A stretch of DNA of 64,000 bases from a virus (Duplodnaviria > Caudoviricetes). Location of the stretch: IMG/VR virus record IMGVR_UViG_3300013426_000019, positions 64,001 to 128,000 of that record. One strand, written 5' to 3'. The translations under genes and the position numbers were made by a program. Below the pieces are notes generated by a model that saw only the letters and a list, made by a program, of their open reading frames with translations, made no database searches and had not been told where the DNA came from. Shown piece after piece: positions 50,363-58,239 of this stretch (position 1 is the stretch's first letter; every line of letters begins with the position of its first letter).

Positions 50363-51318
50363 AAATATCACACGAGTTCCCCTTGCAGTTCTACCTTAAC
50401 GGTGTGGCAGAAAGCTTAACAGATTATGACTATTGTCTAGTACATAGATATATTGAAAATAAAGAATATAGAGACTATATGAGAGGCCAGGTAGCTAAGG
50501 GTAGAACAGTGTACCTGGATAACTCCCTCTATGAATTAGGTAAGGCTTGGAATGATAGAGAGTATGCTAAAATTATAGAAGAGTTAAAACCTACATGTTA
50601 TATGCTACCTGATGTCTTCAATGATTGTGAGGCTAATATTAAGTCTCAGGTAGAGTTCTATGAGAAGTATAAGTTCCTGGAAAGCACCCCTATTGCAATA
50701 CCTCATGCAAGCTCCATGACAGAGATGATCTTAGCTACCCACAAATTGTGTAAAGTAATGTCTCCTGAAGTTATGATTGCTATACCATTTGCTGATAAGT
50801 CCTTCAAAAATGATCAGAGATTGTCAGGTAGATACTTCAAACCAGAAGATGTACCTTATATCCCTCTGAGGCAGGCTCTTAATCGTAAGGTGTTCCTGGA
50901 AGTTACGGCTAGTGAACTTAAAACACGTAAAGTACACTTGCTAGGTTGTAAATCACTGGAAGAGTTCAGCTTGTGGAAAAGTTTAAAGTCTTATGATAAG
51001 AGCTTTGTGGCATCCGTAGATACAAGTCACCCCGTTGCTATGACTCTGGAAACTAAAGAAACTGCCCTCCTTAGAAATACCTACGAAGGAATAAGCGAAG
51101 GAGATTATCTAACTGGGACGTTCACGTCGACTACAAGAGCTCAGGACTTTGAAGGTGTGGATGCTAAAGAAATTAAGATGCCTATGAGTGTCTATAAGCC
51201 TATATACCTAATAGATAAACACTTTGAGGATCACTTCGATATGACTAATGTGTTGCCTAGACTTAATAAGAATGTGGAGTACTTCAGAGAAAAAATAAGA
51301 GAGTGGGAGATGAGTTAA
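50359..51318 (+). CDS. TGT/DpdA-like transglycosylase, putative DNA 7-deazaguanine insertase
   Basis: VYLDNS.YE, LPDV, VHLLGC, SVDTS follow the TGT-fold motif order; lies ahead of the que cluster. Confidence 0.7.
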   Translation: MKISHEFPLQFYLNGVAESLTDYDYCLVHRYIENKEYRDYMRGQVAKGRTVYLDNSLYELGKAWNDREYAKIIEELKPTCYMLPDVFNDCEANIKSQVEFYEKYKFLESTPIAIPHASSMTEMILATHKLCKVMSPEVMIAIPFADKSFKNDQRLSGRYFKPEDVPYIPLRQALNRKVFLEVTASELKTRKVHLLGCKSLEEFSLWKSLKSYDKSFVASVDTSHPVAMTLETKETALLRNTYEGISEGDYLTGTFTSTTRAQDFEGVDAKEIKMPMSVYKPIYLIDKHFEDHFDMTNVLPRLNKNVEYFREKIREWEMS

Positions 51319-51348
51319 AAAGTATGAATGAATTGTATGAGAGGGTGA
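51312..51348 (+). repeat. 37-bp direct repeat, copy 1
   Basis: GAGTTAAAAAGTATGAATGAATTGTATGAGAGGGTGA. Confidence 0.9.
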
Positions 51349-51563
51349 AAGAATGTAAGAAACAAGGATTATCGGATGAAATAATAGTTATTAAACTCTT
51401 AGATAAAAATACATCTTCTAGAGATATCCTTGAAGAACTTAAAGAATATAATAATAGAGAAAAGTTAGCCTCACACTTAAAAGTTTGGGCAAGAACTCAA
51501 AAAATAGTAAATAAGCACAATGAATATGGAATCCCAATGATAGATAAAGATGAGGATTGGTGA
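51324..51563 (+). CDS. Hypothetical protein, possible antitoxin
   Basis: Starts inside repeat copy 1 and overlaps the PemK-like gene. Confidence 0.55.
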   Translation: MNELYERVKECKKQGLSDEIIVIKLLDKNTSSRDILEELKEYNNREKLASHLKVWARTQKIVNKHNEYGIPMIDKDEDW

Positions 51564-51984
51564 AATGTATATGTCAATTAAGCTCCATGAGATGGCAAAA
51601 TATGAATATACTCTTGAAGAGGTTTTAGATTATGAGAAAAATAATAAAAATAGTTTGAGAGGATGTAATACATATGAGATATACTACGCTTATATAGGGA
51701 GATATGATCAGCCGGGGGTATATGATAAAAGGCCTTGTGTTGTAATAGAAGACTTAGGAGAAAATGTACTTGTGGCTAAAATTACAAGTAAGAGCAAAAA
51801 TAGTCCTAGGAGATACTTAATTAAAAATTACAGAGGGCTGAATATAGAAAATCCTAGTTATATAAAACTGGACGAAGAATTATATACAATAAGTAAAAAA
51901 TGGCTGACACTCTTTTGTGGAGATATAAAATATTCAGATGCCTTAGAGATAGAAAAATTGATAGGAGTTAAAAAGTATGAATGA
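51550..51984 (+). CDS. PemK/MazF-like protein
   Basis: KRPCVVI, VAKITSK, GL....SYIKLD...TI. Confidence 0.75.
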   Translation: MRIGEMYMSIKLHEMAKYEYTLEEVLDYEKNNKNSLRGCNTYEIYYAYIGRYDQPGVYDKRPCVVIEDLGENVLVAKITSKSKNSPRRYLIKNYRGLNIENPSYIKLDEELYTISKKWLTLFCGDIKYSDALEIEKLIGVKKYE

Positions 51985-52001
51985 ATTGTATGAGGGGGTG
52001 A
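51965..52001 (+). repeat. 37-bp direct repeat, copy 2 (36/37 identical)
   Basis: GAGTTAAAAAGTATGAATGAATTGTATGAGGGGGTGA. Confidence 0.9.
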
Positions 52002-52068
52002 CTTCACCATAATATAGGACTTAGAGGAAAATTGCTGAGCTTAATCGTTATATTAATATAAAGGAGCC

Positions 52069-52638
52069 TTGAAAATGAAAAATATACATATATCCTTAAC
52101 AGGTGCAGCTTGTTCAGGTAAAACAACGCTTATGAATGCCTTGGCAAAAGAGTATCCTGAATTTGAAGTACAGAATGAAAGTGTTAGATATCTTAAAAAT
52201 CAATATGGCATGGACTTCAGGTCAGGTAATGCAGCGTTGCAGTTATCTCTATTACATCTACAAACTAAGTACCTCCTAACTCCAGGGTATTATCTATTAG
52301 ATCGCTCAAGTGTAGACTCTTGGTCTTATACTCAGTATTATAAGGATAGAGGTCAGAGCGATATTGAATCCAATGTACTTAAATATGTGGAAGATGAATC
52401 TAGAAAAAATGCCCAGGAACTAATTGATCTCATTATATATCTTAGACCGGGCGACTTCGAGTTAGTGGAAGATGGGGTAAGAATTACAGATAAAGATTAT
52501 ATTAAGAATACCGATCTAGAAATGGAGAAGACTATTAAGAGGTGGAGGCTTGAAAATAAAGTAATTGAACCTCATGGATCTGTGGAAGAAAGAGTTGAAT
52601 ATTGTAAAAAATATATTGATGAATTAATTGCAAAATAA
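52069..52638 (+). CDS. P-loop nucleotide kinase (AAA_28/NadR-like)
   Basis: TGAACSGKTTL, LLDRS.VD...Y, VEDGVR, GSVEERV. Confidence 0.8.
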   Translation: MKMKNIHISLTGAACSGKTTLMNALAKEYPEFEVQNESVRYLKNQYGMDFRSGNAALQLSLLHLQTKYLLTPGYYLLDRSSVDSWSYTQYYKDRGQSDIESNVLKYVEDESRKNAQELIDLIIYLRPGDFELVEDGVRITDKDYIKNTDLEMEKTIKRWRLENKVIEPHGSVEERVEYCKKYIDELIAK

Positions 52639-52683
52639 GGGAAGACTACTTAGGTAGTCCCTTATATTATATATATCATCGCG

Positions 52684-52776
52684 TTTTTTGGGAAGCTTTA
52701 GCGCGTTAAATCAAACAAATCCCGCTTATATGGAATGTTATTCCTTTGCGGCGAATTAAAACTTACCCAAAGGAAT
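52684..52776 (+). promoter_or_regulatory. Structured 5' leader of queC, riboswitch-like
   Basis: Mutually exclusive pairings that involve the AAAGGA RBS. Confidence 0.4.
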
Positions 52777-52783
52777 TAATAAT

Positions 52784-54688
52784 ATGGAGAAAATTGATAA
52801 GATTATCAAATATGATGATCGCTCCAGTACAGTGGATAATCCTTTTGGGATTGTTAAGAAGGCCGTTTGCTTGGTATCAGGAGGCATGGACTCCGCTACA
52901 GTATTATGGCATACGGTTAAGAATTTAGGGGCTGATAATGTTAAGGCTCTATCTATCCATTATGGCCAAAAAGGGTCTATCGAATTACAGCATGCTAAAA
53001 AAGAATGTGAGCAGCTTGGCGTTGAAAGATTTGAAATGGATCTCTCTGATATCTTTAAGTATAATAAAGATTACTCCTCTTATATAAAAGGATCCTCAAA
53101 AGAAATTGAAAGTAAGGGTTACTCAGAACTTATAGAAGAAAAGTTGTCTAAAGGAGAAGCTCCTATCAGCCCAGAATATATCCCCGCTAGAAACCCTCTA
53201 CTCCTTAACGTAGCTGCTTCAATTGGATTACAATTATTCAATAATCAGAAATTTGCTATTGTTCAAGGTATACATGCAGATGATGTTATGAAGGATTCAG
53301 TAGGCAACTCTGCTCCTGTATACCCTGATGCAGTGGCAGCCGGCTCTAAAATTTACATGGTTGATGGATCTTCTAAAAACATTGAAGATGTAGAAATAGG
53401 CGATGCTGTTTGGGGTTTTGATGAAAACACTCAAAAAATCAGTAGATCTATAGTTGTGGACAAAATAGATCAGGGTATTAGACCAGTATATCAGGCAGGC
53501 CCTACAAAAGTTTCTGAAAATCATTTAATGTGGATGAAAGGAAAGAATTTTCCTATCTTTAGAAGATACTCAGAATTAAAGAGAAAAGACCCTTACTATG
53601 AAGGCTGGTCTTGGGATGCAGAGCCTTTTAATGTTGAAAATGAGGAAGATTATATTAACGGCTACTTGAGGGGTTTTCTCGATGGCGATGGTTATATAGG
53701 ATCGAACGGATACATTTCAATAAGTCAGAAGGATAAATCAGTTCTCGAGGAGTGGTTACAATTAGCAGATTTAACAAATTTAGCTTTAGATTCTTCAGCA
53801 AAGGGTAGACTCCGCTCGATTTCACGAAAGATTAATGGTATATACGAATGCTACATTTCAAGAGAAGCTTCCGATCTCTTAAGAAGGATTGAATATAAAG
53901 ATAGTAGGGATTATGCTGCAGGTTATTTAAATGGTATGATAATTGCTGAAGGTAATTACACATATAATCCTAGCTCAAATATGGGTGCTTTGGTCTTTTG
54001 TCAATCAGTAGAAGTTAATCCTCAAAAAGTAGATCTAATAGATAAGTACTTAGCTATTGTAGGATGGCATTGTAATACCTATATAGATAATCACCATTGT
54101 AAAAATTGGAAATTTTCTAAGGCTTGGAGGATTCCTCTTAAATATGGAGCTGGAAAATTAAATATATTAAGATCTAAAATGGAGGATCATTTAAAGGTAA
54201 AAACCTTAAAAGGTATAAGAATATTAGGAATTAATCAGCAAGAATCACTAGGCGAGGAACATTGCTATGACTTAACTACTACATCAGGCTCTTTTATTTC
54301 CGATGGGCTGTTAGTTCACAATTGTTCTCAGGACTTTGCGAATGCATATAATAAAATGATTCAATATGCAACTGCTGGACTTGTATATATCTACACTCCT
54401 CTTGCTAATAAGACAAAAGCACAGGTAGCAGAATTTGGTATTGCAAATGGTATGACTAAGGCTGACTTTAAAAATACATGGTCTTGTTATAGCGGAGCTA
54501 CACATTATGACGCTAAAGAAGGGGAAAACGACCCTAAAACAGAAGATTCTTATTTATGTGCAACTTGCCAGGATAAATTGAGAGCTCTCGTTAAAGGTGC
54601 AAATTATACCGTTGAGGATATTCTAAGTCAATTTGATGTTCCAAGGGAATATGCAGAATTAAAATATAAAGAATATAAGGGAGTCTGA
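52784..54688 (+). CDS. queC: 7-cyano-7-deazaguanine synthase with an intein
   Basis: SGGMDSAT, YGQK, YIPARN, YPD|intein|C, TPL...K, TWSCY, CATC. Confidence 0.95.
   Translation: MEKIDKIIKYDDRSSTVDNPFGIVKKAVCLVSGGMDSATVLWHTVKNLGADNVKALSIHYGQKGSIELQHAKKECEQLGVERFEMDLSDIFKYNKDYSSYIKGSSKEIESKGYSELIEEKLSKGEAPISPEYIPARNPLLLNVAASIGLQLFNNQKFAIVQGIHADDVMKDSVGNSAPVYPDAVAAGSKIYMVDGSSKNIEDVEIGDAVWGFDENTQKISRSIVVDKIDQGIRPVYQAGPTKVSENHLMWMKGKNFPIFRRYSELKRKDPYYEGWSWDAEPFNVENEEDYINGYLRGFLDGDGYIGSNGYISISQKDKSVLEEWLQLADLTNLALDSSAKGRLRSISRKINGIYECYISREASDLLRRIEYKDSRDYAAGYLNGMIIAEGNYTYNPSSNMGALVFCQSVEVNPQKVDLIDKYLAIVGWHCNTYIDNHHCKNWKFSKAWRIPLKYGAGKLNILRSKMEDHLKVKTLKGIRILGINQQESLGEEHCYDLTTTSGSFISDGLLVHNCSQDFANAYNKMIQYATAGLVYIYTPLANKTKAQVAEFGIANGMTKADFKNTWSCYSGATHYDAKEGENDPKTEDSYLCATCQDKLRALVKGANYTVEDILSQFDVPREYAELKYKEYKGV
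53330..54322 (+). mobile_element. 331-aa LAGLIDADG intein starting with Ala
   Basis: AVAAGSKIYMVDGSSKNIEDVEIGD; SENH block B; YLRGFLDGDG and YLNGMIIAEG; CYDLT..F..DGLLVHN/C. Confidence 0.92.
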
Positions 54689-54690
54689 AA

Positions 54691-55407
54691 ATGAACGAAA
54701 CTAAAACAACAAAATCTTCGGATGTTAAGTTTGTAGAATTATCGCTATGTATTGCCTTTGTGGTTATTAGTATTGTATCTAACGTAATTGCTGGTAAAGT
54801 AATTAAGTTACCATTTGGTCTTACAGTAGCAGGTGCAAGTTTGTTGGTACCGTTCTATTGTATCTTAGATGACCTCAATACTAACTGCTTAGGATACGGC
54901 TCGGCCAAACGATGGACCTGGCTATCCTCAGCAGCTAACATCTTCATGTCATGTATGTTTGCTCTTATATGTATCTGGCCAAGCCCTGAATATATTGACT
55001 CAAATGCATATAGTACAGTATTAGGCCAGTCTATTAGAGTAGTAGTAGCCTCTCAACTTGCGTTCCTAGTATCATCGTTCCTCAATAGTTATATTGTATC
55101 TAAGATGAAGGCTAGTTATGTTGATAAGGGCGGTGATACTAAAGACAAGTGGCATATCTTCTTCAGAACATTTGGATCCTCAATTCCCGCAGTATTAGTG
55201 GATGCCTTCATCTTCAACCTTATTGCGTTCACAGGTAATATGCCTATGAGTACGGTTCTGGCTATGGCCCTTACTCAGTGGGGAGTTAAATTACTCGTAG
55301 AGCTTGTAATGCAACCTGTCTTGGTTAATATCATACCTTGGTTCATTAAAAAGACAGGTAAGGATGTCATTGACAGAGAAGGATTCAATCCATTCAAAGT
55401 TGATTAG
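54691..55407 (+). CDS. yhhQ: Queuosine precursor (preQ0/preQ1) transporter, YhhQ/DUF165
   Basis: SNVIAGK, GYG.AKR, RVVVAS..AFLVS...N, RT.GS..VD..IF..IAF. Confidence 0.88.
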   Translation: MNETKTTKSSDVKFVELSLCIAFVVISIVSNVIAGKVIKLPFGLTVAGASLLVPFYCILDDLNTNCLGYGSAKRWTWLSSAANIFMSCMFALICIWPSPEYIDSNAYSTVLGQSIRVVVASQLAFLVSSFLNSYIVSKMKASYVDKGGDTKDKWHIFFRTFGSSIPAVLVDAFIFNLIAFTGNMPMSTVLAMALTQWGVKLLVELVMQPVLVNIIPWFIKKTGKDVIDREGFNPFKVD

Positions 55408-55471
55408 TGGCGAACTAATATGAAGTTATATTAATATATACAAGGGAGATAGTAGATCTCCCTTATAATAT

Positions 55472-55521
55472 AGGTGGTGTTTTGACTTCGGTATTCCACC
55501 TCAAAAAAACAGCTAAAGGAG
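55472..55521 (+). promoter_or_regulatory. Candidate preQ1-I-like pseudoknot riboswitch
   Basis: Stem AGGTGG/CCACCT; loop TGTTTT can pair with AAAACA in the A-rich tail; AAGGAG RBS follows. Confidence 0.45.
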
Positions 55522-55527
55522 AAAATA

Positions 55528-56277
55528 ATGATTAGCAATCACAAGATCCCTATAATGGAGATCTTTAAATCAATTGATGGGGAGGCTTTTCATTCTGGAC
55601 AAGCTACCGTATTTGTACGCACTTTTCAATGTAATCTAAGATGCGTTTATTGTGATACCAAATCCTGTTGGAATCTAAAAGAGTATGAGAAAGTCTATCA
55701 TAAAGAACCTCAAATGATGACTGCTAGAGAAATTTTAGATAAAGTAGAAGAATTAGAAAAAGATTTTAAATATAAATCTATTTGTCTGACAGGCGGTGAA
55801 CCTCTCTTGGAAGAAAATCAAGATTTTATAATTGAACAATTAATCCCTCTATTCCTAGAAAAAAACTACGCAGTAAATATTGAGACAAATGGAGCTGTAG
55901 ATTATAAAAGAATCAAAGATACTTTTGGAAATCCGGAAATTTTGGATAGTTATGGTAATAGAAAAGGTGTAACATTAATCACCGATTGGAAATTGTATTC
56001 TTCTAAAATGTCTAGAAAAATGATTGAAAACAATCTTAAGATTCTCTCTGAGTATGACCTTATTAAGTGTGTTATTTCTGATAAGGAAGAAGATTGGGTA
56101 GGATTCGAAAGAATATGTAAATCTGGAACAAAAGCTAAGATATACCTATCTCCTATGTTTGGAGAAGTTACAATGCATAGGATACCAGAATTTGTATTCA
56201 ATCATCCTCAATATGATATAACTTGTCAGCTTCAACAGCATAAGTTTTTTTGGGATCCTAATCGGGTTTCTGTGTGA
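55528..56277 (+). CDS. queE: 7-carboxy-7-deazaguanine synthase
   Basis: EIFKSIDGE, VFVR..CNLRCVYCDT, LTGGEPL, IETNG, QLQQHK. Confidence 0.95.
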   Translation: MISNHKIPIMEIFKSIDGEAFHSGQATVFVRTFQCNLRCVYCDTKSCWNLKEYEKVYHKEPQMMTAREILDKVEELEKDFKYKSICLTGGEPLLEENQDFIIEQLIPLFLEKNYAVNIETNGAVDYKRIKDTFGNPEILDSYGNRKGVTLITDWKLYSSKMSRKMIENNLKILSEYDLIKCVISDKEEDWVGFERICKSGTKAKIYLSPMFGEVTMHRIPEFVFNHPQYDITCQLQQHKFFWDPNRVSV

Positions 56278-56296
56278 AGAGGGGAGATAAAAAATT

Positions 56297-57415
56297 ATGT
56301 ATACTCTAACTACAGAAATAGAATTGCCTATAGCTCATTGTCTTTATAATGGTGCTTATTCAGGATTATGCGTAGGTAATGTTTACAGAGATAAAACCAA
56401 TGATGGGGATTCAGATAGGTACGATTTAGGAGAAAATATCCTTCCCGTATTGCATGGCCATCAATATTTTATTACAGTTGATCTTATTATGGATGATAAT
56501 AAGCTCAATGAGGATAGCATGCTTATTGATTTTAAATTATTTAAAAAAATAATTAATAAACATTTAGGTAAATATGATCATAGTATGATTTTATCAATGA
56601 ATAATCCTTTAATTAAAATTTATGCACAAAATTTTAAAGACAACGGAGTAGACTTGAGTAGATCACGCCTTTATATATGGGGAGAAAAAGAAAATCCAAC
56701 AGCAGAATATATGGCGAGAAGATGGTGGTTTGAACTTTTTTCAGAATTTCAAAGACATCAAGTCCCTTTGAAAAATTTAAAAATTTCAGTGGGAGAAACC
56801 CCTAACAATATATGTTCTTTTAGCTTATCTGAAAATGAAGCCGAATATTACTCTAAAACACCAACATACATAGATCAGATAGTTTGTGGTATTTATAAAA
56901 TTTCAAATTTAAAAACAGGGAAATCTTATATAGGAAGATCCTCAGATATTTTAAATAGGTGGAGACATCATTTAAAAGAAGGGACTAAAGGGAATCCTTT
57001 CGACTTTATTTTAAGAGAAAATTTTAATCCTTTCGATTGGGATTTTTCTATTTTAGAAGAATGCAATCCTTCAGAATTAAATGAGAAAGAAATTATTTGG
57101 GAAAATCTTTATGGCACAATAGAAAATGGTTATAATGAAGCTGCCTGCGGTAAAGGAAAACCTTATTTAGAAGTAAAATCTTCAGAGGGAATAAAAGAAA
57201 GAAGAATAAAAAATAATAGAGAAGCTTGTAAAAAGAAAAGATTAGCACACCCGGAGGTAAGAAGAGCATCTGATAAAAAATATGAAAATACTCCTTGTAA
57301 GGATCCAGTATCTAATGAAAATGTCACACTGACAGCTCTTCGGCGCAGAATGAAAGATCACCCAGAAAGATATAAAGGATATAAAACGGCTCCTTATTAT
57401 AAAATAACAAAATAA
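56297..57415 (+). CDS. queD: QueD fused to a C-terminal GIY-YIG endonuclease
   Basis: AHCL, LHGH.Y, DF, DH, NPTAE, ETPN; then GIYKISN..TGKSYIG.S.DI..RW..H and GYN. Confidence 0.88.
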   Translation: MYTLTTEIELPIAHCLYNGAYSGLCVGNVYRDKTNDGDSDRYDLGENILPVLHGHQYFITVDLIMDDNKLNEDSMLIDFKLFKKIINKHLGKYDHSMILSMNNPLIKIYAQNFKDNGVDLSRSRLYIWGEKENPTAEYMARRWWFELFSEFQRHQVPLKNLKISVGETPNNICSFSLSENEAEYYSKTPTYIDQIVCGIYKISNLKTGKSYIGRSSDILNRWRHHLKEGTKGNPFDFILRENFNPFDWDFSILEECNPSELNEKEIIWENLYGTIENGYNEAACGKGKPYLEVKSSEGIKERRIKNNREACKKKRLAHPEVRRASDKKYENTPCKDPVSNENVTLTALRRRMKDHPERYKGYKTAPYYKITK

Positions 57416-57429
57416 AGAGGTTAATAAAA

Positions 57430-58107
57430 ATGGAAAGAAATTATAAAATAACAGAAAAAGAAATAGTTACAAAAAATATATTCAACGAAAAAGATGAGAA
57501 GATGGTTAATCACTTAATCCACAAAATGCTGGGGTTAGACGACTCAGTTGAATTAGATGATAATCTCAAGGAATCACCTCATCGCTGGTGTAAGCTCTGG
57601 ACTGAAATGACAGAGGGTTATAGAACAGATCCAAAATCTTATTTGGAAAAGTGCTTCCCATTGGACACACCTAACATGGCAGACGATCCTGAAAAGTTCA
57701 ATGAAGAAAAAACAGCATCTCTATACCAGAACGGCATAGTAATGGTATCTACAGAAGCTTGGTCGAATTGCATACACCACCTAGCTCCTATGCATGGGGA
57801 AATATTTGTTCTCTATATACCTGATAAAAAGGTAGTTGGTCTCTCTAAGATTGTTAGAATGGTTAAAATGTACGGAAGAAGATTAAATCTTCAAGAGGGC
57901 TGGATGAATAATATAGCAGATGCTATGATGGAAGTACTCGAGCCACTAGGAGTTATGGTGTACTTCAGAGATATGACTCATAGTTGTGTAGCAATGCGAG
58001 GAAGTGCTGAGCAGACGAGCAGAACAAATTCAATAGCTGTGCGAGGTGTCTTCATTGATCCTAAAGTAAAAAATGAAGGATTGATGTTAGTTAATAATTC
58101 AAAATAA
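57430..58107 (+). CDS. folE: GTP cyclohydrolase I
   Basis: ESPHR, SNCIHHL.P, VVGLSK..R, RLNLQE, HSCVAMRG. Confidence 0.95.
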   Translation: MERNYKITEKEIVTKNIFNEKDEKMVNHLIHKMLGLDDSVELDDNLKESPHRWCKLWTEMTEGYRTDPKSYLEKCFPLDTPNMADDPEKFNEEKTASLYQNGIVMVSTEAWSNCIHHLAPMHGEIFVLYIPDKKVVGLSKIVRMVKMYGRRLNLQEGWMNNIADAMMEVLEPLGVMVYFRDMTHSCVAMRGSAEQTSRTNSIAVRGVFIDPKVKNEGLMLVNNSK

Positions 58108-58239
58108 TTTATTGCAAAATAATTTATTGAGGCGGGGATGTCACAATGTTTATGATAGGTGAACATGTTTGTGAAAAAATTTCCACTAAATAAATAAGGA
58201 GAAGGGCCTATGATGTCTCAATAGGCCCTAAAAATTATT

